Assembly: GCA_012295275.1 (NCBI GenBank)
Contig: CM022665.1
Location: 34,348,001-34,412,000 of the forward strand
Direction of reading: 5' to 3'
Length of the DNA: 64,000 nt
From: Chrysomallon squamiferum
Taxonomy: Eukaryota; Animalia; Mollusca
The translations under genes and the position numbers were made by a program. Under the pieces are notes generated by a model. That model did not search any database. It was not told where the DNA came from and saw only the letters and a program-made list of their open reading frames with translations. Below, in pieces: positions 1-14,500 of the stretch (positions are counted from its first letter, which is position 1; each line of letters opens with the position of its first letter).

Positions 1-69
1 ACCCCACAACAAAAGTGAAACATTCAGCACTGATCAGCAGTCTTATGAAATTGTAAAACAAATAAGTGA

Positions 70-350
70 ATTATTATTTTATTTTGCTTAACGACACCTC
101 AATATATTTACCCTATATTAATGGTTATTCGTTGGCAGACATGCTTCTCACTGTCTATTTATCTCTCATTCGCTGTCTATATATTACATGCTGAAGTTTT
201 GAAGGAAACGCTATTTATTTATTTTTGTATTCGCAGCAAGAAATCTTTTATGTGCACCCTACAATAGATAACAAAACACATACCCGTCCCTGATAAGCTA
301 AAACTGGCTCAGAGCTGGAACGAAAACAGTCCAATGGAGCACCGAACAGA
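70..350. mobile_element. Degenerate SINE-like interspersed repeat copy
   Basis: Shares ordered motifs (cagca..atcttt.at.tg, acatac, gataa, ctggaac.aaaa..agtc.aa) with the reverse complement of 63405-63520, and partly with 19520-19620 and 30215-30290. Confidence 0.45.
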
Positions 351-867
351 TTCTTCAACAAGTGACTCCTCAACTGCAGTACAAAGTTAACTGTTTGATA
401 TTAATATGATTTTCAGTGAGTTAGTCAATAGTAAAAATGAACCTTTTACATACCATGTTTCAGTTTTGTTTATACACATATACAAATCGAATTTCGACGT
501 TTACCGCCCTTCTTTTACTGTCAAATCTGTTTGGAATAAAATATTTCATTTCATCTTTTTAAAATGAAATCTGCCGCAATTTAATGTATTATTTATAAAC
601 AATTTATCAACAGTAGCTTAAACTAGATGCAAAATATTTGTGGATTTGGAAATAATCCGAACCACCGTAATACATACTGGTCTTACCTGTAATATCTATA
701 AACCATTGTGGTCATCGTGTCAGAATACAATTAAATATGATGGATTTTTGATTTTAGAAAAAAAATGCCTGTACCATCAAGATAAAACAAAAATTGTCTG
801 GTATCAAATATAACTATTTTAAGCCAATAGGTCTGAAATTAATAAACCATATGTATTACACAAGTAT

Positions 868-903
<36 letters not shown>

Positions 904-1469
904 AATAGAAGGAAAAAAGAAAGACACCTTTCTGGTCAATAAAAATTGTGCGTGGATGGATCATCTTAATGTCAGCCCATATTTGTATAACCAAGTAATA
1001 TATTTTAAAAAATATGAAGAAATGAATGTTAACAACATAGTGTTTCATTATATATAACCTGGCAATATCCTAATATTTTAATCCAGATTATACAGCTTTT
1101 AAACTGCAAAATCATAGTAATAATAAAATCACCAAATTAAAAACTGAAAATGATGGGTTTTTTAAAATTACTGTTGGAGTATACATATACTTCTATAATT
1201 TGTGTTTCATTCTACTTAAAAAAATAAAATAAAAAAATTGAAAATGAAGAAAAACAAACAAACACATCAACATGTATCAATCCAAAATAAAGATTATGAC
1301 ATGTACATATATCATTAGTATAAAACTGAACTATATAAATGATTAAGGTTTGAATAAAGGTCAAAATGTTATTCGGTAAGAAACATTGTTTCATCCTGGT
1401 TTTAATTCTTTTTTTAAAGAACACTGCAAACAAATTCAGAATGATCTTATAAATGTGTATATGTGTGTG

Positions 1470-1486
<17 letters not shown>

Positions 1487-1544
<58 letters not shown>
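1487..1544. repeat. (GA)n microsatellite preceded by short (GT)/(TA) runs
   Basis: Direct reading; source of the spurious ERERER ORF. Confidence 0.95.
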
Positions 1545-1546
<2 letters not shown>

Positions 1547-2356
1547 GAATATCAGTTTCTTTTTTATCAGTACAATAAAAAAATAAAAATATTAAGAAAA
1601 TAATAATAAAGAAAAAAACTGCTGTTCTAAATACGATAACAAAATGTCTATCAATGATTTTCTCAACACTGAAGAATTACTGTCAAGATCATAAAAATTC
1701 AGTAACAGCTGGATGTGATAAAAGTGAAGCATGCATTAAAAATCACTTCTGATGTTTTGGTTTCAAACAGAAATAATACTAATTGTCTGAAATATACAAA
1801 ACAGCATACAAGAAAGTTAATACACTCCTTAAAATAAAAAAATAAATCTAGTGGTAAATGCTTTTCAAAATATTTGCAAAATAAAAAAATATTTTTCCCT
1901 CTGTAAAATTCACTACAAAAACAAACAGAAAATTAATAAATGCTGAACTATTTTTTTTACCTGTGTTCAAGATGTTACACCCTGATTCACTTACGCAACA
2001 TTTTGTATAGGTGAAAAAAAAAAAAATAGTAATTTATTATTTACTGAAACAGTTTGAAACTGATCTAAAAATATTTCTTTATTTTCACAGACAATACTAC
2101 AAGTTAATTAATATTCAACAATAAAGGTAAAAATCATCCCATAAAAGACAATGAAACCATAAATTTGTTTTTAAGAAATACAACAAAAACAAATAACAAA
2201 TAAAAGAAAAATGAACCAAAGACAAATATCTTTCCTCTTCCATACAGTAACACTAATAACTAATCAACTAAAATCTAAACTGACTGAAATTTTGTATTAA
2301 TATTAAATATATAATCAAAATAATAGTCAGATCATATTTGTATTTTTTTATTAATA

Positions 2357-2392
<36 letters not shown>

Positions 2393-2449
2393 TCAATATA
2401 TTTGATGCACACATTATTTCTTCAGTACTATGAAATTCTGTTAAGTACA

Positions 2450-2491
<42 letters not shown>

Positions 2492-2542
2492 CAAAAAGTC
2501 ATTCTACTATTAATTAGCAGTGGTAAACTCTCAAAATCTTCT

Positions 2543-5500
2543 CTAATATTTGAAATTAAATTTTGTCTTCACCACATACTTGATGTTGATCTGGGCAACA
2601 TCATACACAATAAACCTGAGACTGATTAAGGATTGTAAAATTAATTTTGAATCAGTGGGATTAAAATAACTGAAACAAAAAAACACACCAAAATTTTTTT
2701 TCTGAAAAACAATAATTTAAACAAATACACATACAAAAACCCCCATATATTAATACAGTCAAATGAAAAAAAGAAAGAGAGAGGAGAGAGAAAGAGAGGC
2801 AGAGGAGGGAAACACAATAACTGATGTTAATGGACCTTACATGAAATTGTAATAAATAACAAAAACAGTAGCTCATTTTTATCATTACAAGATAAATATA
2901 TGTAAATGTTCACATTTATCATAATGATTAAGAATAAAATACTGATAAAACCCATCACAAATAGAAAAGGATACTCATTATACAGCAAACCAGAAGATAT
3001 GGGAACCTGTTTTGGTACACCCATTGGAATAACCACACCATTATCCATGGTGTAATTACCTGCAGGTTCTGGGCAGGTCCTTCCACAGCCTAAAGTTTGA
3101 TTTAAAAAAAAGAAAAAAAGAAGGAAAAAGAAGTAATAAATAACAATAATTATTTTCTACCTTTTAAAACAATTTATATATAATATGATGAGGCAGCTAA
3201 CAAAAAAAATAAAAAATAAAAAAGAAAAAAATACAGCAATAACAAAATATGATATGGGCATAGATTAGCATGGTTACTTTAATGAAATTAATGCCTATGG
3301 AAAGATGTCCATTATAACTTAAAATACAGGGTCATTCAAAAGTCTGCAACACTTTTAATTTTTTTCAAATCCGTAAAGCTGTTTTCAGTTAATTAAAATT
3401 TAAAAGTGTAGCAGGACTTTTGAATGACCCTGTACAGTTACATATAAGTATATACAAATACACACACACACAAACACAAACCTTTTGTACTGTGCTTTCC
3501 TTTAGGTAGTTTGTTAATGTAGCTTGAATGAGTTAGTTCATGCCTGAAATAAAATAAAAAAAATCCCATCACTTTAGCCTTGTTTATAATAAACTACAAT
3601 CAGGAATTTGTTTCTTGTAGATTTGATATTCTATGTGATCTTGTATTTAAAGCACTCACAATAATATTAATTTTAAAAAAAAATCTTAATAAATCTATAA
3701 ATATTATTAAAAAAAAAAAAAGAAGAAGAAGAAATCACAGAAAGAGGGAATATTAATAATTTATTTAAGAATTAAATTATTACTAGAATTCATGGTAAGT
3801 CTACCAGTATGTAATACATTTACATTCAGTATAGAAAGATAAAATTAAAAACTATTTCTTAATTTGTAACCACAAGCTATTTCAATAATTAATGGTATGA
3901 ACAATTAAAAAACAACTACAAAAAACAAAACAAACATACACAATCAAATGATAAAACAAAAACAAAAAATAAAACATTTTACATTATGAAAAAAAAGGCC
4001 ATACATGTCACCAAGAGCAACTTCACAAAGCAGCAGTAATCCTGTTGGGTCTGTTTTTGATGTACAACAGTAATTTGCACTCTTTGAAACCATGTCAGCA
4101 AAATAAACACCTTTGCCAAACATATAGCCAGTCTGAATGAAAAAAGAGAAGATTTTGTTTTTTAAAATGAAAAACATGTGCAATATTTATATCAAATGTC
4201 CACTGAATTTAACAGACAAAAATGTTCAAGATTTCAGCTGTGTAAAATAAAACGTGGAGACTGGTAATTGCTGATTAGTAATTAATCAGATTTATAAATG
4301 TTTACACCTAAAAAAATATGGAAAAACTAAATAAAAATTTAATCCATTATAATGTATTTGCAGTGCATTCTTATGTATATAAAAAAATTTACTGATGCAA
4401 TTCCAGCCATCAATTAAAACATAAATTTGAAGATACCATGTGTGTGTTCAGTAACCAAATTTCGACATATATTATATTTATGGAATTTAATGTCACTGTG
4501 GGAATCTCTTTCACCCATCTGCAACATCATTTAAGTATTTTAATATATGGACTGCTGACTAATTCCTTTATTCTTGTCTCTACCCAGTTTCTGACTCATG
4601 AACAGTGCACCCAGGACATATCTACTTCTGAACTCCATAATGAATTTCCTTTTCCATGCTGGGTGCATTAATATCTAATTGAAATTTTTTTATAAATAAA
4701 ATAAAAACATAAATTCCAATAAAGAAAAATGTATTTTATTTTTGTTTGATATTGATTAAAGCATATGATTACTTACAACTGGTGCTTCTGGAGGTGCAAT
4801 TCGGAGACCCTGGGATAAAATACCAGCGAAGTTGGTTGTACGAGAGCCATGCCATAACAGCTGGCGGTTGTGCAGTTCCTCAAATGGTTTGTAACGATTG
4901 TATTCTCCTTCTCTGACAACTTCAAATATCTGTAAAATTTTCAAAACATGATAAGTAAGAATAATATATCATTACAAATTAAAATTACAAAGAACATGAA
5001 AATTTAATTAAATTATTCAGAAGAGAAATTCTCAATGTGAGTTAGTAAATATTACTGTAGTTTCAGTTGGATTTATCATTGGAGTGACTTTTATTTTATA
5101 TTATTACTTAGTGTGTTTTAGATCTAGTTCATACAAAGCAATCAAAAAATAAATTCAGGATTCGCTAATTAGGATAAGTGATGTTATTTGTTTCTGAATG
5201 TATCTCTAAATGTCATTTAGCTTAACTAAATACAATTATTCAGAGTGCAAGCATCTAGCTGATAATGTGTCCAGTTTTTGAATTTATATATAGATATATA
5301 GTGAATACTCGTTATATTATGATATCCATTACAATGGAATATTCAGGTATCAACAAACATGTTACAGTATTCATCTAATCATTATAACTGAATATTCAAG
5401 TTCCAGAACCAGAATTAATTTATGGTAGTAAAATGTGTCTATTTTGTGTATTGTTCTATCTTTACTATGGCACTAACAATTCTTAGGAATATTATTTCAG

Positions 5501-8500
5501 CAACATTTTGATGTGCAGCCAACAACTGGCTTATGCCAGATTAGATATGGTTAACTTGAACCAAGCTGCAACCACAAGCACTGTTCAGTCATTCCTTGGT
5601 TTTGGGTAGTAATAGAATAAAAAAAAAAAAAAAAAAAAAAAAACTGGTATACCTGCAAACTCTTTATAACAACAATATAAGCATATCACAAACATAGCTG
5701 TTATAATAAAAGTTGACTATACATATGTATACATGTTGAGAGCTCATCTTCTGTGAAAGCTAGTATTCTCCCTGAAAAAAACACATTTTACAGCATATTT
5801 GGAATAATTTACCTCTTCCACATGCAAACTGTACTGAGTGTGAGTGGCAGCATGTGTGTTCTTTGTGTACTTAACAATCCTTTTGAACATGTTACATGAT
5901 TTGTCCAGTGGCTGAAAATATAATTGCACAAGAATTTTATTTCTTTAAGTTAGTAAAAAATCTAAACATGTATGCAAGCACTCACACCAAAACATACACA
6001 ACTAAGTATGATTTATTATATAAAGAAGCAAATCTTGGTTTATTTATCACTACAAGTGGACATGGCATGTTTGAGCATGAGTGAATCAATATATTAATAT
6101 TTCAGGGATTTTTTGTTCAATATAAAATTGTTTGTCGGGAACCCTAGATATACACTTTATCATACTTACTTTGTCATTAAAAAACAACAACAAAAAAATA
6201 ATGTATTGGATGTTAGACTTTGAGTTGCCTGTAAATATTTAAAACTTAAATTGTTTGGTAGACTTTATAATTACAAACCTTGATGCTACATTTGAGTTTC
6301 TTATAGTGACTGTCCACTGGATCCTCATCTTCTTCTCCACCTTTCAACAGACTATAAGCAACTTCTATCTCCAGCAGACTGTCCAGCATTTCAGTCTTAT
6401 TCTGAAATGTGAAAAATGTTTTATTTATAATAAGGCAGCATTAATATTTTTAACTTCTGAATTCAGAACTGTTTGAAGATAACCTTTTTCTGTTGCTAAA
6501 TGAAATTCATTTAATTTTTATCTCTTCTGTTAAGATGGCAAACCTTTTTTTATGAATTGTAGGATCAGTAATAAGGTAAGATTTGACAACAGATTTAAAA
6601 AATCATTTACTCTGAATATAATCATTTTAAGTGTGTGTACATTTTTATGCAGTATGAGACAAAAACATAAAATAATATATTATCTGAAAATATTTGGGTT
6701 TCGTTTTCTTTAAACCTGGTATTCTGCCTATTTTCCTCAAATGACTAGTGGAAATCATTTTCTTTTAAAATTAATTATTAAATTAAAAAAAAAACAGAGT
6801 GTATTTAAAAATATAAAATGGTTCTTGTTTCACATAGATAGGTTTATCAGAAAACAACAACTGCAAAAACAAATAATAATATAAAATAATGTTAAATAAC
6901 AAAAAAAAATACCTTGATAATCTCTGCAGTGTCGAGTAGAGGAGGTTTCTTCATACCAAAGTCATGAGGTATAAGTGTGTAGAATCTGTTAGAACAATCT
7001 AAGAACTGAGATGAGGAACCACTTTTCTCGATCAGCTACAAATTTAAAAACAAAACAATTAAAATAATTAAACCAATAAAAACCAACAACAAAAATTATT
7101 CAGATCAGTGTAGAAATTAAGTTTTTTTTTTTTATATAATAAAGATGTTTACAAAATGAATTTGAAAAATAATATATACAAGTAAGATGATAATAATAAT
7201 AATAATAATACACACACATACACACTTACTTTTAAACTGAATCAAACCTAATGATCATGTGTATTATTTTCGAATCACATAAATAGATAAAATGAAATAA
7301 TATATGAAAAAATATATTGTGCACAGAAAGAAATGACATAAAATTTTAAATTCTATTAGTCAGATTATTATTATAAAACAAAAATGATTTATTAAATAAC
7401 TTTAAACTGATACCACAGTAGACATTTTATTATGACTTACATTTTGTAATTCTGTCAAAACTGAATAAGCTGACTGAATCTGCTTCTTGGACAGTTTTCC
7501 CAAAGGCATTTTTTTTAAATCAATCTGTGAACAACATGACAACATTTTTTTTTTTTTAAATGAATACTGGACGGATATATTCAAACTACTAACTGAATAC
7601 TGCACATAAATTAAGATCCAACCAAACTGTTGATTTAGACCAAAAAATAAAGTAACAGAAGTTAACAAACTGAATATTTATAAATTCAGCAAACTAATAC
7701 AGTTATTCCATGAATGTTTGTTGAATATTTAAAAACAAATTTTTTATTTTTATTTATTAAACCCCCCCCATTATAGTAACTACAAAGAAACTGTTAATAT
7801 TTCGTTATCATCATCAAATAAAATACATATGAAATAATTATTTTATGCCAAACTAAGTTATTTTGAACCTACATATAACAGCCACAATTTGAATACTTTG
7901 TAACTAAATGTATAACAAAACAGGTATATTTAAGGTAATAGTCTATTTTTAATTAAAACAAATTACCTCGAATTCCAGCATTGTTCGTTTCATATTTTCA
8001 ACATCAAATATCAGACAGATAAGGTCTTGTACAGCTTTTGGTAATTTTGACTTTGAATTCTTCAAATCCAGATTCTTCACTGCATCTTCATCCTGCAATC
8101 ACCATTAAATACAAACATTATGTATGGTAATATTTGTACAATAAATAATGTTTATTTAAAAAAACAACCATGAAAACATATAAATTAAATTACCATTAAA
8201 CCCAATCTTAACATCTTTGTTCATTATTTTGTACCATCATCATCATCCTTTGATCTTAAGAAGAGTGTTTAATAGATTTTTAAACACATTTTTAGTGTAA
8301 AGTTATGAGCTAAAGACAATGTCACTGCCTTTATATAATTTTTTTTTTAATTCCACCTTTGTTCAAGAAAATGTATAATTTTTGTTGATATAAATCCACA
8401 AAGAGTTAAATATGTAAAAGTTATAAATACTTCAATAACAATGTTTAATCTGGATATCAAATATAGTGAACTGACCTGACCATATTCTATATCAAGTGGA

Positions 8501-11500
8501 TAAAACTTATTAGGGAACTTTTTGAAATTAGCTCTGTCATCCCAGTTATTGTTGGTTTTCTCAGCATATAATTCTTTGAAACTTTCCACTGCTGCAGTGC
8601 GTGATAAACATTTTTCAACCTTATTTCCTCCTATTGTTGTTCCAACACGACCCCAAGAACGAAAAATCCACCATCTGTAACAAAATGAAAAGAAATTTGT
8701 AAGTTAAATTTAATGTCAGATTCAAGAGTTTTACACACAAAATATGTTCCTGTGTTTAGATACAGATATGCTACCCAAGCAGGTTTTGACATTTTAACAT
8801 AACCCCAACAAAACAACCATAAAATTATTATTTCTTTGGAACTGTCAAAAACTGTATTATACATAAAGAATTTGTTCTTTTATTTAAATACATAAATGAT
8901 GCTTGTTTTTGTTTGCTTTTGTACTTTGACAAAACAGATTTAAGAGAAAACTAAAATTATTAAATCAAAGTACCCCTTTCCACTGTCTGCTTCAAGAGCC
9001 TGTATTTTGTAGAAAGAATTTGTTCCTCTTACTATATCAACCAAACCGAGAACAGCATTGTAAATATTTCCTTTCTCATCAATTACATGAGCCTTGTCCT
9101 CTAAACCTGAACAGATTGTAATAATTATTTATCATAATGAGTAAACAGCTGAAACCCACAATTCTAATTTAATTTTAAAAATAACAATAACAAAAGCATA
9201 AGAATAAGTGAAACAATAAACAAAAAATATTTATCATAAAATAGTTAGATGAAATGTACTAATATATAAATATTTATATACAAATTGGAATTTATCTATT
9301 ATCTACAAGTCGACATATATTTTTCAAACTTAAATATAAAATATTATTTTTCTTGTTATTGCAAAACATTTTTATTCTGCTACTGATTTATTTTTAAACT
9401 CACCCTTCTAATGAAATAAAAACATAGGCAATATAGAAATAATGAATATATTCAATTCAATGTCAAATCCATGATCAACCAGTAAACCAGATAATTTTAA
9501 AAACAAAACATAACAATTATCACTAACTGTAACATGTTTCTTTGAAAATAATGTGTGATCAGATTGTACCTGAATCAGGATCAACAGCAGCACCTCCCTT
9601 AATTTTCATCTTTACAGTTTTTGGCATACTCTTGGTAAACATGGCCTCTACAATACAAATGTTTTTGTTTATCACATTTTGAATGTCACTAAATAACATA
9701 TATTTAGCATATTTAGAGACCAAAAAAAGCAACCATGAATCTAAACAGATTTGCATAAATGAAATAACAAAAAATAATAAGTGTCTTATGTAAGTTCTTT
9801 ATATTTTCTGTGTGTATAATATGTAAGACTATCTGACAAAACCATGTATGTTATAAGGTATGCTTTAATAGATTTAAGCCCCTAAGAAACTTGAGGGATG
9901 TATAACCTAATTCACTAAATAAGGAATATGCAAATGTGCTGTCTTTGAAATGATGTAACACTAACAGCGTGGCTCTTATTCACCAAAATAAAGCAAATGA
10001 TTTTTTAATTTTACAAGTAGATACTCATAAATTATTTTATGTTTGGGAAATACTATGCTCACACCTACCTGTAACTGTAGTTCTTTTAATCCTGATTTCA
10101 GTGATAAAAAATTGAAAGTTGTCAGTAAATTAGTTCCACAGTTATGAATTTTTTAGATTTAATGTTTTCTACATTATAGTTAAACAACAAATTACCTTCT
10201 TTAGCTGTCAATCCACTTTTTGGAGCACTTTTTTGTCGGGGCTCAGAAATCCTATGAGCTGGCTATAAATATAATAATTAAAAAATTACATGCCCTTTAC
10301 AAAAATTATAAATCTGTTTAATCCAACTAAGACATAAAACATTCATCTTGTTAAATAAAGTGTCAGTGATTTGAAAATACAAATGATGGTTTATTTGAAG
10401 ATACTGTGCTGAAAATGAAAGCCTAGCTGCATATTTCTTTTAAATAAAAAAATGGAAAAAAAAAGGCTTTTCATTTATCAACTTAAGAATGTCTAAAAGA
10501 GTTAAATCATTCTTACATCATCACCCCAGGAGGCAATGCTGTGTTTCTGGATCAACAAAACTGCACCACCATTCTTGGCTTCACCGAGAAAATCTTCTGA
10601 TATCACATGAATGCCAAACTTTTCTGCTTCTTTGATGTTTTTACTTTTTTTGTTAACTTCATCTAGATTTAGAAAAACAGATTTGTTATAACACACTGAA
10701 CAAAAGTCAATCTTAGTAATAAAAAATATTATTCTAAACCAATTAATTCTTAAGAGAGTATCTTTTCTAATATCTGAAATGATAAAGAACACTAAAACAT
10801 TAACAAAAATGCTGGTATGTTAATTTTATTATTATACATGAAAAAACATCTGATAAAAATTGGAAAATCCTGTTAACGGACAGCAATCTTCAAAGATTTT
10901 TACCATAAACTTTAATAATATATGAATTAAGCTATGTGTGCCTATGTTTATACATAAATATTAATTACCAAATGCACTATTTGTGATATGCAGTTTGTTG
11001 GCAACAGTATCATCAAATGAGTTATTTCTTTTTAAATATTCAAAGGTTAAATTATTTAAATCTACAAACCTTCAGTGCTGATACAAGCAGCTACTTTCTT
11101 GTCCATTTTACTGACAACATTTCCACCCAACTTTTTTATCTCCTTTGTTAATACTGCCTTTGACTTGGTTGTCTTGCCAACAATAACAAAATTCATATTC
11201 TCTAGAGGCTGGGAATACCTAGAATTTTTTTTTTTTTTTTTAATCTATCTATATTGAAAAATATTCACATATAAATTTAAACAAAAAAAATATATATTAC
11301 ATGGTTTATAAATTCTAACTTTAAAAGCTTTCATATAAAAGGATATATAAATTTTAAACAGCTTTATTCAAATGCGCCAAAATAATAATGTAGAACACAA
11401 AACAAACTGATAATTATAACATTTCTTGTCAGTAGTTTGTGAATTATTTGAACCTAAAAAAAGACAAATGTTTCCTTACCCTGCATCCACAGAATCCATG

Positions 11501-14500
11501 CATGAACTAACTGGACCTTCAGCTGACTTCACTGTAACTGTTGGGAAAAGTCGAGTTCGTTTCACATACTTGTATTTTTTACTGTTTAAAACAAAAAATT
11601 ATTATCTAAAGTGAAAAAGAAAAAAATAATTTTATCTTTATTTTGAGGGATTATGCATACTAGTACATTTTTATACTGAAAATAATGGTGAGGAAGAGTC
11701 CATGGTGTTAAGTAAAAATTAGGTGTCTTCCCCTGATCTACATATAAACAGCAAACAGAAAGCAAAACAAAACTAATTTTTATTTTTATTTTATCTTTTG
11801 AGGAAATAAAATCTGTAATTATTATTTTGAAAATCCGTAATAACAATACTCACAGAAACTCAACATCATGAAATTCCTTTGGTACTTTGAATGATTTTCT
11901 CTTTGGTGTTTTTGTAATGTTCATGCATTTTGTCCATTCTGTCAAATCACCTGTGCACTTGTATCCCTCAGGTCTGAAATAAAATATAATAAATAAACCT
12001 GATAAGCATTGATAATTTTTTTAGTTAAAACCAAAAAATGTAAAAGCTAAAATAATAAAACTGGCAGTATAATTAACATAAAGTGCGAATGAAAAAAAGG
12101 AAAGGAAATCTTCAGCTCGACCATGAGATTTGTAAAAAATCAAACAAAAAAACCCCACAACAATGTTGTTATATTTTAAAAGTACTAAAAACTATTGAAT
12201 CGTATACCTGTGGTTTTTAAACTGGTAATGGTTCACTTAAGGATAAATAAAATTTTAAGAGAGTGAGTGACAGTAAAATAGAAACATTGTCATGTTCTTT
12301 AAACATTTTATATATCCTATGGATGCTGCATAAAATAACAAACATACGTGTACACATATTGTCCATTTTTACATTCAGTACAAACTTCTAAAGCACCAAA
12401 TGCCATACAGTCTGCTAAAGCATCAAACAGCTGAAAAAACAAGAAATCTAGGATGATGAAACATTAATTTTAATTAAACATTTAAAATTTACAACAGTAA
12501 ACCTCACTCTGATGTCATCCATACATTTATTAACATTTGTTGAAATTGAGAAAATTACAAGTTAATAAAACTTAAATTTATCTATCTTCACCCCACCCAA
12601 TTTCAACAGCTTTATATCAAGATAATAAACATACCTATGTCAGTGTGAGTTAAAATAAACACTGGATAATGGGCAATATAAGCGAAATCAAAAATATGAA
12701 TGCTAATAAGGTGTATCAAGAATCTGAAAGACAAATTGGTTCGTTTTGAAAGAAATATATCAAAATATTTGTACTTTGTAGTTTTATTGATAAATAGTTG
12801 ATAATTAAATTAAAACATTTTAGAGATATGTTATAACATATACAGATTTTTTTTAAATAAACATTTTAATTTCACATTAATTAAATATAATGAAAACTAA
12901 TTTGCTTCATAATAATAAATATTATTTATAATACAAAAGTCTGTAAAATTTGTAGCTTTTAAGAAACAATCTGCAAACCTTGCTCTCCCCAGATGGTATT
13001 TTTTGGTTATTTAATTCCAGCAATAATTTGCAAGCCTTGTTCGATACATTCTTTGAAATCTGGTCCCTTATTTCCCACATTAATTGAGTTTGTTCCTAAA
13101 ATAAAATAAAATGTCAGCATTACACTATTTTTCATTTAAATTACAATACAGTAACTGTGTAAGAGAACTAAAACTGATAGCTTCCATGAAATATTAAGAT
13201 ATTTACACAGCTCATTTCCATATTGAATTTCCTAAGAATTAGAAATCATACAACAAGATAAAGTTACAGTCAAGGGATATTCTAGGATCCTAAACCATCA
13301 GTATGCAATTCAACAAAAACAAGGTAATTCAATATAAAGCTCTTTGAAAATTTTTAATTCAAAGTAAATATAATGACTGAAATGAGCAAGTTGTTTAAGA
13401 AATTAGTGAAGAATGTTTACCCGGAGTCCTTTTTCTTCTTCTGTTTCTACCTTTTTCACTTTCTTTCCACCTGATCCTTTAGCAGAATCACCCTTTCTCT
13501 TCTTCCTATGATATGCAGATTAAAAATAGTAATGAATATGTTTACAATAATTAAACATACTTTAAGATTAATCATTATCATAGGTCAGGCAATATTTTGG
13601 AAACAAAGTAAACATTTAGTATAAACATTTAATATGCCATATTAAATACATTTTAAAATTTTAAGCAAAAACCGATATAAATTAATGCAAATAAGAATAA
13701 AAACTGATATGTCTGATGATTAAAAACTAACTGATTAAAATACAAATACAAAATTAAAAAATAATTTCCACCAACAGTTTTTAGGATGTTCTTTTCACAT
13801 ACCAGTTTGCTTTTAATATTTTAAATATAACTTTAATTAGTGATGTTAATTATAAATATAGTGTCCACAGCAAACAAGAAAATTCTGACTGTCTGAAACT
13901 AAAAGAAGTTAACCATGAACTTACGCTGTTTCTCCTTTACCGAGTTTTTCTATTAACATCTCTTGGTCTTCTTTCTTCAGCTGACTAAATCCAGGAATCC
14001 TGTGATCAACCATTACAAACATTACACAAACAATGAAAATACCAAAAAACATTTACAACTTAATTCTGAGGTATAAAATAAAATATCAGGATGTGGCCAA
14101 AAGAAAAGGTTTACAGGGTGCACAAAAATGTAATCAGACAATGAAGCAAAATTCAGTTCCTACTTGTTTCCAAAATATTTTCCCAACAACATAAAAGCAT
14201 ATACCACTTTTATAATATTCTTTAGATTTTGAAGAGAAAAAAATGTGAAATTCTTTAAGCAGTTTTCTTTCGTGCATGTAAGTTGTATAAGGACAAGTAA
14301 TGATGATAATTCGTTGGTAAAATGTCAGATGATTATGGCAAATGTAGCAATATTTACCAGTCAAGGGTTTTAAATTTATGCTGTACTAGATAAGCAATAG
14401 GTAGCTGCACATTCTTCTGAAGAAAGTTAATCACAAAAGTGTTGCCTATCACAGGATGTTTTTATGATCCCAACTATGTTTATGAAATACTGCCATGTGT

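Noticed and set aside
794-1586. Short ORFs with poly-K and ERERER runs
   Set aside because: Translations of poly(A) and (GA)n tracts in or near the PARP1 3' region.
12450-12520. ATGATGA...CTGA C/D-box snoRNA-like arrangement
   Set aside because: Antisense to the host PARP1 transcript, no correctly placed terminal stem, and a low-complexity interior.
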